A stretch of 37,779 bases of DNA from Thermoplasmatales archaeon SW_10_69_26 (GTDB taxonomy: Archaea > Thermoplasmatota > SW-10-69-26): positions 1 to 37,779 of the forward strand of contig PXUB01000016.1 in NCBI GenBank assembly GCA_003009755.1. The letters are read 5' to 3'. Position numbers and translations under genes: made by a program. Below, piece after piece: positions 1-9,518 of this stretch (positions are counted from its first letter, which is position 1; each line of letters begins with the position of its first letter). Below the pieces are notes generated by a model that did not search any database, was not told the DNA's origin, and saw only the letters and a program-made list of their open reading frames with translations.

Positions 1-1212
1 CGTGCCGCTCTCGTCCTCGTACTGGACGATCTTCTTCGACCGGTGCACGAGGCCCTCGCTGGATTGGACCTTGATCTCGGCGTCGAGGTTCGCGTTCTGG
101 CTGCCCTCCTCGTTGATCCAGGACCGGATCTCAAGCGGGAAGGCGCCGTCGACGCTGAACGAGGCCGAGGAGCCGCCGTTCCAGGCGGTCTCGGCCTCGC
201 AGCCCGTCGACGTGGCCGACGGGACGCAGGTCTCACCCGTTCCGGGCGTGGGCGAGGACCCGTCGGTGACGCGTTCCTCGGAGAGCTCGAGCACGCGGGC
301 GCTGCGTTGCTCTTGCGGGACCGGCGTGTTCGCCTCGACGCTCAGGAAGCCGCCGGTCATCTCGATCGGGTACAGCACGTGTTCGCCGGCCTGATCGACC
401 GGGATGAGCTTGCTCTCGGTCGGGATGGCGATGTCGTCGTACTCGACGAACTCGACGAGCTCGTCGTCGGGCCCGATGACGAGGAAGTCGGTGCGGACGT
501 GCTCGCCGCCGCCGGCCTTGGCCGACTCGACGACGATGCCGGTCGCGTTGTCGGGGACATCGAAGGCGTAGGCTTGCCCGGGCGTGATGACGTCCTTCTC
601 GTAGGAGATGTCGACCTTCACGTGGTAGGGCATCTCCTGCAGGACGCGACCGTTGGCGATCTGGACGCCGACCTCGGTGGCGTCATCGCTCTTGCCGACT
701 GTGTTGATGACCTGCTCCTCCACGCAGATCTTCCACGAGAAGGCGTCGCAGTCGGTCGCGGAGAAGTCGGTGTGCGTGCCGGGGACGTCGGCGAAGATGT
801 CGAGGTCCGCGCTCTCACCGGCGCCGGGGAAGTACCACATCTTGACGCGGATCTCGGCCGCTTGGCCGTCGGGGATCGCGCTGCTGAGGTCGTGGGTCAC
901 GACCTCGGTGTTGTAGTTCGTACCGGAACGGTCGTTGCGGTCCTCGTAAGCTGCAGCGCCGTCGCCGCCGCTCAACGAGCCGTTGAACCACAGCGTGCGG
1001 CTGTCGAGGTCCTCTTGACCCGGGACCGTGAAGTTCTGGAACTGGCCGGAGCTGCGGCTCTCGATCCGTTGCGCCGTCTCCTCGTCCACAGACGAGGTGA
1101 TCGAACTCGTGTTCGTCTCCTGGTCTTCCTCATCGCCGAAGAACCCCAGGCACCCGCTGAGGGGAAGCATGAGGGCCATCAGCAACGCGATCGCGGTCTT
1201 CGTACCGTTCAT
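1..1212 (-). CDS. Secreted lipoprotein of unknown function, 3' end runs off the window
   Basis: Not in the ORF track because no stop falls in the window. Read manually from ATG at 1212: MNGTKTAIALLMALMLPLSGCLGFFGDEEDQ..., with an LSGC lipobox and acidic, beta-rich sequence. GGAGG RBS lies in the end of the upstream gene, whose stop is 1 nt before the ATG. Confidence 0.85.
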   Translation of the reverse strand, partial: MNGTKTAIALLMALMLPLSGCLGFFGDEEDQETNTSSITSSVDEETAQRIESRSSGQFQNFTVPGQEDLDSRTLWFNGSLSGGDGAAAYEDRNDRSGTNYNTEVVTHDLSSAIPDGQAAEIRVKMWYFPGAGESADLDIFADVPGTHTDFSATDCDAFSWKICVEEQVINTVGKSDDATEVGVQIANGRVLQEMPYHVKVDISYEKDVITPGQAYAFDVPDNATGIVVESAKAGGGEHVRTDFLVIGPDDELVEFVEYDDIAIPTESKLIPVDQAGEHVLYPIEMTGGFLSVEANTPVPQEQRSARVLELSEERVTDGSSPTPGTGETCVPSATSTGCEAETAWNGGSSASFSVDGAFPLEIRSWINEEGSQNANLDAEIKVQSSEGLVHRSKKIVQYEDESGT

Positions 1213-1213
1213 A

Positions 1214-2584
1214 CTAGTTCCCTCCTGTCTGCTCCTCGGATCCTTCACGGACCTGCTCGACGAACGATTGGGAGGCGGTCTGCGCACCGCAGACGCCCTC
1301 CTGGACATCGCCGGGGACGAGGCGTTCACCGTCCTGTTCGATGGTGAACTTGGCCTTGCACTCGGCCTCGGCGCTGCCTTGGTAGTTGGAACCTGAGACG
1401 GTGATGGTGTAGTCGCCGGGAGAGGCGTCCTCCTGGCGGTAGTCCCAGATCCACGTGACGTTGACGGGGTCGTAGTGACCGCCGTGGGCGACGCTGAAGT
1501 CGGCGTACCGTTCGAGATGGTCGGGGTTCACCGTTCCCGAGGGCCCCTCGATCTCGATGTCGACGCTCTCCTGGCTGACGTCGTAGCTGCCCCACGGCGT
1601 GTTCATGATGCCGAGGATCGCCATCTTGCCGTTGGCGAAGTTCGGGATCGTTCGCTCGACGGCGAAGGCGTTGTCCACGGGCATCGTGTACGTGGGCGGG
1701 AAGAACTCACCGGACCACCAGCGGAAGCTGTGGACCCCGACCTCGCCAGCCGGGGACTCCGAGTACACGCGGTAGGTGAGGAAGAAGTCGTTGTCGGCGT
1801 CGATCGTGTCCGTCTCCGGCGTGCCCAGGTCGACGTTGAACTCCTGAGCCTTGGGCGCCCCGGGCATGCCGGTCATGGCCGTGTCGGGGCCCCAGGTGCC
1901 CTGCGCGACGATCTCGGCGTCACCGCTCTCGATCGCCTCGCGGACGGGCGGAGCCGACGAGCTCTCGGTTCGCTCGCCGAGGTCGGCCTGGTACAGCGTC
2001 GCTTCGACGACGAAGTTCGGCTGGACACCGACGTCCCAGCCCCAGTACGGGTAGACACAGGGGACGTTGGGCGGGTGTGCGTACGTGCAGCTGGTCCCGT
2101 AGGGCTGGCCTCCGGAGAACCAGCTGTGGTAGTCCACCGTACCGTACACGGTGGCCGTGATCGATCCGGAGGAATCGAGCTTCACGTCCTTGGTCTGGCC
2201 GCGCTCGTTGTGGAGCAGCCCGTAGGCGCCTTCCTGGTCGAACTCGGCGGGCGAACTGACGTCCACGAAGCCGGCCGTCGAGAACAGCGCCAGCCGGTTC
2301 CAGGGGCTGTCCTCGCACGATCCCTGGGACGCGATCTGCGGGTTGGCGTTGCTGGCCCAGGCAGCCTGGGTGCACCATTCGAACGTGCCGAACCCGTAGT
2401 TGTCCTCTCCGATCGGGGCTTCCGTGTTCGACGCCTGCGGCGCCGGCAGCCCGTGACCGAAGACGTGACCGTAGAACGTGACATCGTCGCTGCCGCTGCT
2501 TCCGCCGTCCTGGGCCTGCGCGGCTCCAGTCACAGCGACGAGCGTCAACGCGAGAGCGGTCACGAGTATCGTTTTGCGTATCAT
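1214..2584 (-). CDS. Secreted protein of unknown function (456 aa)
   Basis: Sec signal peptide MIRKTILVTALALTLVAVTGAAQA. Acidic, aromatic- and Pro-rich with several Cys pairs. TATA-like TTAAG about 35 nt upstream. Confidence 0.85.
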   Translation of the reverse strand: MIRKTILVTALALTLVAVTGAAQAQDGGSSGSDDVTFYGHVFGHGLPAPQASNTEAPIGEDNYGFGTFEWCTQAAWASNANPQIASQGSCEDSPWNRLALFSTAGFVDVSSPAEFDQEGAYGLLHNERGQTKDVKLDSSGSITATVYGTVDYHSWFSGGQPYGTSCTYAHPPNVPCVYPYWGWDVGVQPNFVVEATLYQADLGERTESSSAPPVREAIESGDAEIVAQGTWGPDTAMTGMPGAPKAQEFNVDLGTPETDTIDADNDFFLTYRVYSESPAGEVGVHSFRWWSGEFFPPTYTMPVDNAFAVERTIPNFANGKMAILGIMNTPWGSYDVSQESVDIEIEGPSGTVNPDHLERYADFSVAHGGHYDPVNVTWIWDYRQEDASPGDYTITVSGSNYQGSAEAECKAKFTIEQDGERLVPGDVQEGVCGAQTASQSFVEQVREGSEEQTGGN

Positions 2585-2698
2585 TCTCCGTCCCCCGACG
2601 GAAGGTCATCCAGCGAACTCTTAACGTTTGTGGTCCGGCTGTCCACCAGAGCTCGCAACGAAGGCCCCAAGACGGATCGTTGACAAGAAGGCATCGAC

Positions 2699-3604
2699 TC
2701 AGCAGACCTCCGCGGGGGAGAACCCGGCCTCGTGCAGCCCATCCTCGAGGCTCACGGGCTCCGTCCCCAACCCGGCCTTGGAAGAGGTCTTCGGTAGGCC
2801 CTCGCGGGGAGCCAGGCCCACCAGCTCGCCGTCGACGACGCCCGCGCCGTGCTCCTCGGCCTCCTGGCGAACCCGCGAGAGAACGTCGGTCGTGCCGGTC
2901 GCGTGCGCGTCCGTGATGTTCGTGGACACCTGCACGCGGTCGCCTCGCGAGGCCAGCCCGAACGCCAGCGCCTGGACGCCCGGCAGGCCGCCACCGCTGG
3001 CGCGGATCGCGCGGGCGATCGCTTGGCCGACCTCGAGGCTGCGCGTGTCCAACACGACGTTGTAGGCGATCAGCGGGTCGCGCACGCCCACGCAGGCCGC
3101 TCCCATGCGAGGGTGGAGCCTGCCGGGGCCCTGGTCCGGCGCAAGCGGGACCGGGTGGCCCGGCTCGGCCGCCGCGAAGGCCCGGCGGACGTCGGCCAGC
3201 TTGCGGGTGCGGGACCGGCGGGCGAGCTCGGCGTAAGCATAGGTGGGGACCGATCGGCCGGCCAGGCGCCGCATCGCGGTCTCGGCGACCCGGTGGGCTT
3301 CCCGGCGGGGCGCATCGAGCGCCACGAAGGGCACGACGTCGAGCAACCCGACGCGGGGATGGACGCCCTCGTGCCCGGCGAGCGAGGCGTGGGTCTCGAG
3401 CGAGGCCGCCAGCTCGTCGACCACGCCCAGCAGGGGTGCCGGTGCGCCGGCCAGCGTGAGCACCGAGCGCCGGTGGTCGCGGTCGGCGTGCACGTCCAGC
3501 AGCCGGCAGCCGGGGCCTTGGGCTGCTTCGATGTCGGCGAGCACCTGAGCCAACGCGTCGTCCTGGGGGCCCAGGGAGACGTTGGGCACGCACTCCAGCA
3601 GCAC
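2699..3604 (-). CDS. ftcD: Glutamate formiminotransferase (stand-alone FT domain)
   Basis: Motifs LLECVPNVS, D.DHRRSVLT, H.GVHPRVGLLDVVPF, GVRDPLIAYNV, QVSTNI, ELVGLAP. GTG start at 3604 inferred. Divergent from hutI. Confidence 0.88.
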   Translation of the reverse strand: MLLECVPNVSLGPQDDALAQVLADIEAAQGPGCRLLDVHADRDHRRSVLTLAGAPAPLLGVVDELAASLETHASLAGHEGVHPRVGLLDVVPFVALDAPRREAHRVAETAMRRLAGRSVPTYAYAELARRSRTRKLADVRRAFAAAEPGHPVPLAPDQGPGRLHPRMGAACVGVRDPLIAYNVVLDTRSLEVGQAIARAIRASGGGLPGVQALAFGLASRGDRVQVSTNITDAHATGTTDVLSRVRQEAEEHGAGVVDGELVGLAPREGLPKTSSKAGLGTEPVSLEDGLHEAGFSPAEVC

Positions 3605-3679
3605 GTCGAGGGAACCCGTCGGCCCGGTAAGAACGTGGCCCCCGAAACCGTCAACAACGCGAACGGCGGTGGTCCAGCC

Positions 3680-4921
3680 ATGCCCGAGGCCGACCTGCTC
3701 GTCACCGGGCTCGACGAGCTCGCGACCCCGACCCAGGCGGGCCCGATCCGCGGCGAGGCGATGGGGCAGCTCCGTGTCGTCGAGGACGCCGCCCTCGCCA
3801 TCGCCGGGGGGCGGATCCAGCGCGTGGGGTCGGCCGAGGAGCTGGCCGACGTCGACGCCGACCGACGTTGGGAGGCCGAGGGCGGCACGCTCGTTCCTGG
3901 GTTCGTCGACGCGCACACGCATGTCGTGTGGGCCGGGGATCGAGCCCGCGAGCTGGCGATGAAGCTCGAGGGCGCCAGCTACGAGGAGATCCTGGCCGCT
4001 GGCGGCGGCATCCACAGCACGGTGGCCTCGACCCGGGAGGCCAGCGAGGACGAGCTGGTCGGCCAAACGCGGGCACGGTTGGACCGGTGCCTGGCCGCGG
4101 GCACGACGACGATGGAGGCCAAGACCGGCTACGATCTCACCGTGGAGGGCGAGCTGGCGCTGCTCGCCGTGCTGGCCGAGCTGGACGCGACGCATCCGAT
4201 GGACCTCGTCCCGACGCTGATGGGCGCCCACGCGATCCCCGACGACGTCGAGCGGGCGGCCTTCGTCCGCGAGCTGGTCGAGGAGCTGACGCCGCGCGCC
4301 GCCAGGCAGGGCCTGACCGCCTTCTGCGATGTGTTCGTCGACGAGGGCGCGTTCACGGTGGACGAGGGCCGAGCCATCCTCGCGGCCGGGCGCGAGGCCG
4401 GGCTCGAGGTCCGCATCCACGCCGACGAGCTGGCTCGGACCGGCGCCGCCCGCCTGGGCCTGGAGCTCGACGCCGCCAGCATCGACCACTGCAACCGCGT
4501 CACCGCCGAGGACGTCCAAGCGCTTGCCGAGGCCAGCGTCGAGGGGTGGGACGGCGTGGCCACGCTTTGCCCGGTGACGCCGTTCACCAGCGACGTGCCC
4601 TACCCGCCGGCGCGCGACCTCGTGGAGGCCGGCGTCCCGGTGGCCTTGGGTTCGGATCTCAACCCGAACGCCTGGAGCGAGGGGATGTGGTTCACCCTCG
4701 CCTTAGCCGTGCACGAGCTGGGCCTGACGCCGGCCGAGGCCTTGACCGCGGCGACGGCCAACGCCGCCGCCTCCCTGCGACGTTCCGACGTCGGCCGGCT
4801 GGTGGAGGGCTGCGTGGCCGACGCCGTGCTGGTCGACGTCCCCTCGCACGAGCACGTCGGCTACCGCGTCGACGGGCCGCCGATCGAGGCCGTGGTCAAG
4901 GCCGGCGAGCGCGTGGTCTGA
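3680..4921 (+). CDS. hutI: Imidazolonepropionase
   Basis: PGFVDAHTH, GGGIHSTV, GTTTMEAKTGY, FCDVFVDEGAF, HADEL, ALGSDLNP. ATG at 3680. Confidence 0.93.
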   Translation: MPEADLLVTGLDELATPTQAGPIRGEAMGQLRVVEDAALAIAGGRIQRVGSAEELADVDADRRWEAEGGTLVPGFVDAHTHVVWAGDRARELAMKLEGASYEEILAAGGGIHSTVASTREASEDELVGQTRARLDRCLAAGTTTMEAKTGYDLTVEGELALLAVLAELDATHPMDLVPTLMGAHAIPDDVERAAFVRELVEELTPRAARQGLTAFCDVFVDEGAFTVDEGRAILAAGREAGLEVRIHADELARTGAARLGLELDAASIDHCNRVTAEDVQALAEASVEGWDGVATLCPVTPFTSDVPYPPARDLVEAGVPVALGSDLNPNAWSEGMWFTLALAVHELGLTPAEALTAATANAAASLRRSDVGRLVEGCVADAVLVDVPSHEHVGYRVDGPPIEAVVKAGERVV

Positions 4922-5079
4922 CCCTCCCAGGGCCCCGACCCTCTCTCCGTTCACGCTGTGGGATCCGCTGCGTCTGCTGGCCTCCCTGGTCGGGGTCGTC
5001 TCCTCCACGCCCTGCTCTCAGCGGTGCTCCCCGTGGCCGAACGCCACGGGTTTAAGAGGCGAAGGCGGCCTACGCGGAA

Positions 5080-5328
5080 GTGATGGCCGACGACGCCTTC
5101 GTGGACTCCCACAAGTTCCGGCGGCAGGTCTGGCAGGAGCTGGTCTCCGGCGAGTCCGACCCCGAGCGGATCGCCAAGAAGCAGCGCCTCATGCAGCGAG
5201 CCGTCGACAAGGCGCTGGACGACCTCGAGGAGCACGGCCTCGTCGCGGAGAACGACGACGGGTACGAGCTCACGGACGAGGGCGAGGCCTACGAGGCCGA
5301 CCGCCAGGAACGAGAACGGAGCACATGA
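5080..5328 (+). CDS. Small winged-helix protein
   Basis: HTH-wing pattern ...IAKKQRLMQRAVDKALDDLEEHGLV...YELTDEG. ATGA overlap with ribK. TTTAAG about 25 nt upstream. Confidence 0.75.
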   Translation: MMADDAFVDSHKFRRQVWQELVSGESDPERIAKKQRLMQRAVDKALDDLEEHGLVAENDDGYELTDEGEAYEADRQERERST

Positions 5329-6056
5329 CCGAGGCTTCGCAGGACAGGCCACGCCCGGCGCTGCGGGACCTGTTGACCAAGATCGCCGAGGCCGGCGGCA
5401 TCCAGGGGTTCGTCTCGACCTCCTCCAGCGAGGTCGGCGATCGCGTGGACGTCTCCCAGCAGACGGCCTCCCGATGGCTCGTCCAGCTGGACGAGGCCGG
5501 CTACCTCGAGCGACGGTTGGGCTCCAGCGGCCAACAGCTGCGGTTGACCGACGAGGGCGTGTCGGTGCTCGCCGCCGAGCTCGACCGCTTGCGCGCGATC
5601 TTCGGCGAGGCCGACACCGTCCACCTCACCGGCACCGTCGCCCAAGGCGACGGCGAGGGCGCCTACTACATGAGCCAGCCCTTCTACAAGCGAGGCTTCG
5701 AGGAGCTCGTCGGCTTCACGCCGTTCCCGGGGACGCTGAACCTCGAGCTCGACGGCAGCGACCTGGACTCGATGCGGGCCCTGCGCAACCGGGAGGCCTT
5801 GGAGATCCCGCAGGTCAAGACCCCGGAGCGCACCTTCGGCGGCGTGACGGCCTACCCGGCAGAGGTCGGCGACCAACCGGCGGCCGTGATCTTCCCGCAC
5901 CGCACCCGGCACGAACGCGTGCTCGAGGTCATCGCGCCCGAACGGTTGCGCGACGTCCTCGATCTCGCCGACGGCGACGAGCTGACGGTGCGGGTCGAGA
6001 CCCGGCCCGACCGGCGCACCCACAACCCCCGAGAGGACCACGAGGAGACGGGCTGA
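5325..6056 (+). CDS. ribK: CTP-dependent riboflavin kinase with N-terminal wHTH (RbkR-type)
   Basis: N-terminal VSQQTASRWL..LDEAGYLER. Kinase motifs G.V..GDGEGAYY, PFPGTLN, P.RTRH...LEVIAP..LR..L.LADGD. Confidence 0.92.
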   Translation: MTEASQDRPRPALRDLLTKIAEAGGIQGFVSTSSSEVGDRVDVSQQTASRWLVQLDEAGYLERRLGSSGQQLRLTDEGVSVLAAELDRLRAIFGEADTVHLTGTVAQGDGEGAYYMSQPFYKRGFEELVGFTPFPGTLNLELDGSDLDSMRALRNREALEIPQVKTPERTFGGVTAYPAEVGDQPAAVIFPHRTRHERVLEVIAPERLRDVLDLADGDELTVRVETRPDRRTHNPREDHEETG

Positions 6057-6057
6057 G

Positions 6058-6585
6058 GTGGGCGAGGTCACCGTGCTCCGGCTGGGCCACCGCCCGGCCC
6101 ACGATCGACGCATCTCGACGCACCTGTGCTTGACGGCGCGAGCCTTCGGTGCCGACCGCATCGTATTCCCCAGCGTGGACAGCTCGCTCGAGGCCACCGT
6201 GGACGACATCCGGGAACGGTTCGGCGGCGGGTTCAGCCTCGAGGAGGACCCCGAATGGCGACCGTTGATCCGCGAGCACGAGGGGCCCTCGATCCACTTG
6301 ACGATGTACGGCCAGCGCCACACCGACGCGTTGGCGGAGATCGACGCCGGGGACGGCATGCTGGTCATCGTCGGCGCCGAGAAGGTGCCCGCCGACGTCT
6401 ACGATCTGGCGACGCACAACGTCGCGGTCGGCAACCAACCGCACTCCGAGATCGCGGCCCTCTCGACCACGCTTCTCGACGTGTTGGGCCCCGACGAGCT
6501 GTACGCCGAACGAGCGGACGCGGAGATCGTGATCGAACCGAGCGACCGGGGCAAGGACGTTCGAGAGGTCGACCGCGGCGGCTAA
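6058..6585 (+). CDS. trm56: tRNA (cytidine-56-2'-O)-methyltransferase aTrm56
   Basis: VLRLGHRP..DRRISTH..LTARAFGA, HLTMYG, VGAEKVP, VGNQPHSEIAAL. Confidence 0.95.
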   Translation: MGEVTVLRLGHRPAHDRRISTHLCLTARAFGADRIVFPSVDSSLEATVDDIRERFGGGFSLEEDPEWRPLIREHEGPSIHLTMYGQRHTDALAEIDAGDGMLVIVGAEKVPADVYDLATHNVAVGNQPHSEIAALSTTLLDVLGPDELYAERADAEIVIEPSDRGKDVREVDRGG

Positions 6586-6688
6586 GGGCCAGGATGCCCA
6601 GGCGGGCGTTCGTGTACTTCGTCCTTGGGAACTTCGCCATCCCTTTATCCGTCGTCGGCCGGCAGTGGTGCCGTGCGAGGAGCGTCCG

Positions 6689-7189
6689 ATGACCGAGATC
6701 CCCGACGACGTTCGAGAAACGGTGGAGGAGGAGATGGGTGACGAGGGTCTCACGATCCTGGAACACCTCGCGGATCTGGGACCGACGACCGACACAGTGC
6801 TCGCCGAGGAGCTGGACACGAAGACGAGCACGATCCGCCGCAACCTCTACCAACTCTACGAGGAGCGCATCGCGGACTACCGCGAGAACCGCGACGAGGA
6901 GAAAGGCTGGCTGACCTTCGTGTGGTCCTACACCCCCGGCGAGGCCCAGCGCGAGCTCGAGGAGGCTCGCGAGGCCGCCGCCGAGGAGATCCGCGAGGAG
7001 ATCGAGCGCGTGAAGGAGTCCGAGCTGTTCGTCTGCCCCGACGAGCACGTACGGTTGGAGTTCGCCGAGGCGATGGACCTCGAGTTCCACTGTCCCCGCT
7101 GCGGGGTCTCGGTCGAACGCGAGGACACCAGCGAGCGGCTGGCGGACCTCCGCGAGCAGCTCGAAGCGATGGAACAAGGGACGGCCTGA
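6689..7189 (+). CDS. tfe: Transcription factor E (TFE alpha)
   Basis: wHTH with TD..LAEEL.....IRR.LY.L..., RDEEKGWLTF.W, and a zinc ribbon CPDEH...F.EAM...FHCPRCG. Confidence 0.93.
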   Translation: MTEIPDDVRETVEEEMGDEGLTILEHLADLGPTTDTVLAEELDTKTSTIRRNLYQLYEERIADYRENRDEEKGWLTFVWSYTPGEAQRELEEAREAAAEEIREEIERVKESELFVCPDEHVRLEFAEAMDLEFHCPRCGVSVEREDTSERLADLREQLEAMEQGTA

Positions 7190-7224
7190 CCCCACGGTTT
7201 TGTTGACGGAGCCGGTTCGGGTCT

Positions 7225-7758
7225 GTGATGGTCACGCCCGACGAGGCTCTCCAGCTGCTCGACGAGGCCGGGTGTTCGGACGACGTGCAAGAACACGCGG
7301 CCGCGGTGCTGGATCTGGCGATGGCGATGGCGCGACGGACCGCGGTCGACGAGGACGTCGTCGCCGCCGGCGCGCTGCTGCACGACGTGGGACGAGGCTT
7401 CTCCCACGGTCCCGACCACGTGCCGAAGGGCGTGGCGTTCTTGGAGGACGCCGGTGTCGACGATCGGATCGTGGCCTGCGTGGCCCGGCACATGGGTGCG
7501 GGCGTCAGTGACGAGGAAGCCGAGGAGCTCGGCTGGCCAAAGGGGACCTGGACGCCCCAACGGATGGAGGAGAAGATCGTCGCCCACGCCGACAACCTGA
7601 CCGGCGGCACGGACTACCGCGATCTCGACCGCGTGATCGCCGAACTCGAGACCGGCGGTCACGAGGACCTCGTGCCGCGCATGCGGTTGTTGCACGAGGA
7701 GCTGGCCGATGCGCTGCACGAGGAGCCGTCGACGATCGCCCGCCAGTTGAGGACCTAG
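7225..7758 (+). CDS. HD-domain metal-dependent phosphohydrolase (TIGR00295-like)
   Basis: H...V, GALLHDVGR, RHMGAG, EEKIVAHADNL. Typical neighbour of tfe and trm56. Confidence 0.88.
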   Translation: MMVTPDEALQLLDEAGCSDDVQEHAAAVLDLAMAMARRTAVDEDVVAAGALLHDVGRGFSHGPDHVPKGVAFLEDAGVDDRIVACVARHMGAGVSDEEAEELGWPKGTWTPQRMEEKIVAHADNLTGGTDYRDLDRVIAELETGGHEDLVPRMRLLHEELADALHEEPSTIARQLRT

Positions 7759-7856
7759 ACTGCCGGTCTTGGTTTGCTTGGGCTCTCGCGCCGGTCTGGG
7801 CGTTTTCACCGCCTGAGGCCGAGCGAGAGCTTAACCCAAGCACAGCCGGCAGTCTA
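7756..7856. mobile_element. MITE-like element, copy 1 (101 bp)
   Basis: 11-bp terminal inverted repeats TAGACTGCCGG/CCGGCAGTCTA. Both ends match the 16713-17384 element in inverted orientation. Confidence 0.85.
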
Positions 7857-8543
7857 ATGCGTGAACCGCTTCTCGAAGAGGAACGTCAGGTTGCGTAACC
7901 CGTCGTTCCAGGACTCCAGCTTGACCTCGCCGATGCGTTCCCGGTAGGGGATGTCGACCTCGATCGCGCCGACGTCGGGGTGCTGGAAGGCCTCGATCTT
8001 GATCTCCTCGCTCATCGGCATCCCGTCGTCGGTGATCTCGATCCGATCGAGCACGGAGCGGCGGAACACCCACATCCCGCTTTGGCTGTCCTCGAAGGAC
8101 GTGCCGAACAGGACCCGGCAGCTGGTGGACAGGACCCAGTTCCCGAACCGGTGCTTGGGCGTCATGGCCCCGTCCTCGAGGTGGGCCAGCCGGTTGGTGG
8201 TGATGAAGTCCAGATCGTCCTGCTCGAGGCGTTGCACGAGGTCGGTCGCGAGCTCGAAGGGGTAGGTCCCGTCGGCGTCCCCGGTCACGATGACGTCCGC
8301 GTCCGTCTCGGCGAACCCGGTCTTGTAGGCTCGCCCGTACCCCGAGCGGGGCTCGGTGACGACCCGGGCGCCCCACTTGCGAGCGATCTCGGGGGTCCGA
8401 TCGTCGCTGTCACCGTCGACGATGAGGACCTCGACCGTGTAGCCGTGGGCCTCGAGCTCGTCGGCGGGGATCGTGTCGAGGGTCGGCTCGATGGCCTCCT
8501 CCTCGTTCAGGGTCGGGATGACGAAGCCGATGGACCCGCTCAC
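7854..8543 (-). CDS. Family 2 glycosyltransferase (DPM1-like)
   Basis: VIPTLNEE, IVDGDSDDRT, GYGRAY, DADGTY, DSQSGM, Y.ERIGE.KL. Confidence 0.92.
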   Translation of the reverse strand: MSGSIGFVIPTLNEEEAIEPTLDTIPADELEAHGYTVEVLIVDGDSDDRTPEIARKWGARVVTEPRSGYGRAYKTGFAETDADVIVTGDADGTYPFELATDLVQRLEQDDLDFITTNRLAHLEDGAMTPKHRFGNWVLSTSCRVLFGTSFEDSQSGMWVFRRSVLDRIEITDDGMPMSEEIKIEAFQHPDVGAIEVDIPYRERIGEVKLESWNDGLRNLTFLFEKRFTH

Positions 8544-8569
8544 TGCCTTGAAGCAACCCTAGGCCGCCC

Positions 8570-9391
8570 TTAAGCGTTCTCACTAGTGGCATCGTCGGTT
8601 CCGCTCCAGGCGTCCTCGCCGACGTAGGCGCTCATGTAGCCGCCGGCGGCGACCGCGAGCCGCGCCAGACCCCAGAAGTGCATCTGGGTGTCCAGCATCC
8701 GGCGGAAGGAGTACCGTTGCCACAGCCGGCCGCCGTGCTTGAGGGTGAGCTGCTTGCGGCCGTACCCGTTCCAGTAGGCCTGCTGGAAGAAGCTCGTGAA
8801 GCTGTCGCGGGCACGATGGTAGACGATCGCGTCCTCGTCGACGGCGATCGTGTGACCGGCGTCGACGGCGCGCAGGTTCAGGTCGATGTCCTCGGCCGTG
8901 ACGAAGGCGTCGTCGAAGCCGCCGACCGCCTCGAACAGCTCCCGGTCGTACAACAGGTTGCACGAGGGGTAGGTGACGTCGGTCCCGTTGCGTTCGAGCT
9001 CGACGCGTTGAAGCGTCTCGAACGCCCAGTAGCCGATGTCGATCGTCCGGCCGGCGACGATGTCGTTCTCGGCGTAGCCCTCGCGCAGGTGCTCGGCCCA
9101 GAACGGGTTCGCGATGCAGTCGCCGTCGATGAACGCGACCGCGTCGGCGTCGGTCTGTTCGACGGCGAAGTTCCGGCAGGCACCGCGCTGGCCTCGCTTG
9201 CGGTGGAGCTGGAGGTCGCCCCAGTCCTCAGCGTAGTCCTGCAGGGTCTCCCAGGTGCCGTCGGTCGACCCGGCGTCGACGACCACGACCTCGAAGGGCT
9301 CGGCTTGGGCCGCCAGCGAGTCGAGCAGATCGCGGATGTTCTTCTGCTCGTCGAGGACGGTGACGATCGCCGCGATCGAGGCCTCGGCCAC
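8570..9391 (-). CDS. Family 2 glycosyltransferase
   Basis: VVVVDAGSTDGT, RN..V, FIDGDC, GGFD..F.TAED.DL. Start uncertain: GTG 9391 or ATG 9439. Confidence 0.88.
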   Translation of the reverse strand: MAEASIAAIVTVLDEQKNIRDLLDSLAAQAEPFEVVVVDAGSTDGTWETLQDYAEDWGDLQLHRKRGQRGACRNFAVEQTDADAVAFIDGDCIANPFWAEHLREGYAENDIVAGRTIDIGYWAFETLQRVELERNGTDVTYPSCNLLYDRELFEAVGGFDDAFVTAEDIDLNLRAVDAGHTIAVDEDAIVYHRARDSFTSFFQQAYWNGYGRKQLTLKHGGRLWQRYSFRRMLDTQMHFWGLARLAVAAGGYMSAYVGEDAWSGTDDATSENA

Positions 9392-9518
9392 GCTCGGTTC
9401 ACGAGGGCGAGCCCGTCTAAGCGTTCCGGTCTCGGTCATCGGCCGCCGCGGCGACCGTCGCAGCCGGGGCCAAACATTGAAACAGCGTACGCTGGTTGTC
9501 GCCGCGTCGGGTGGCGGT

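Noticed and set aside
2849-3679. Long N-terminal extensions on hutI and on the formiminotransferase
   Set aside because: Each extension is the antisense read-through of the other gene; family motifs start at 3680 and 3604.
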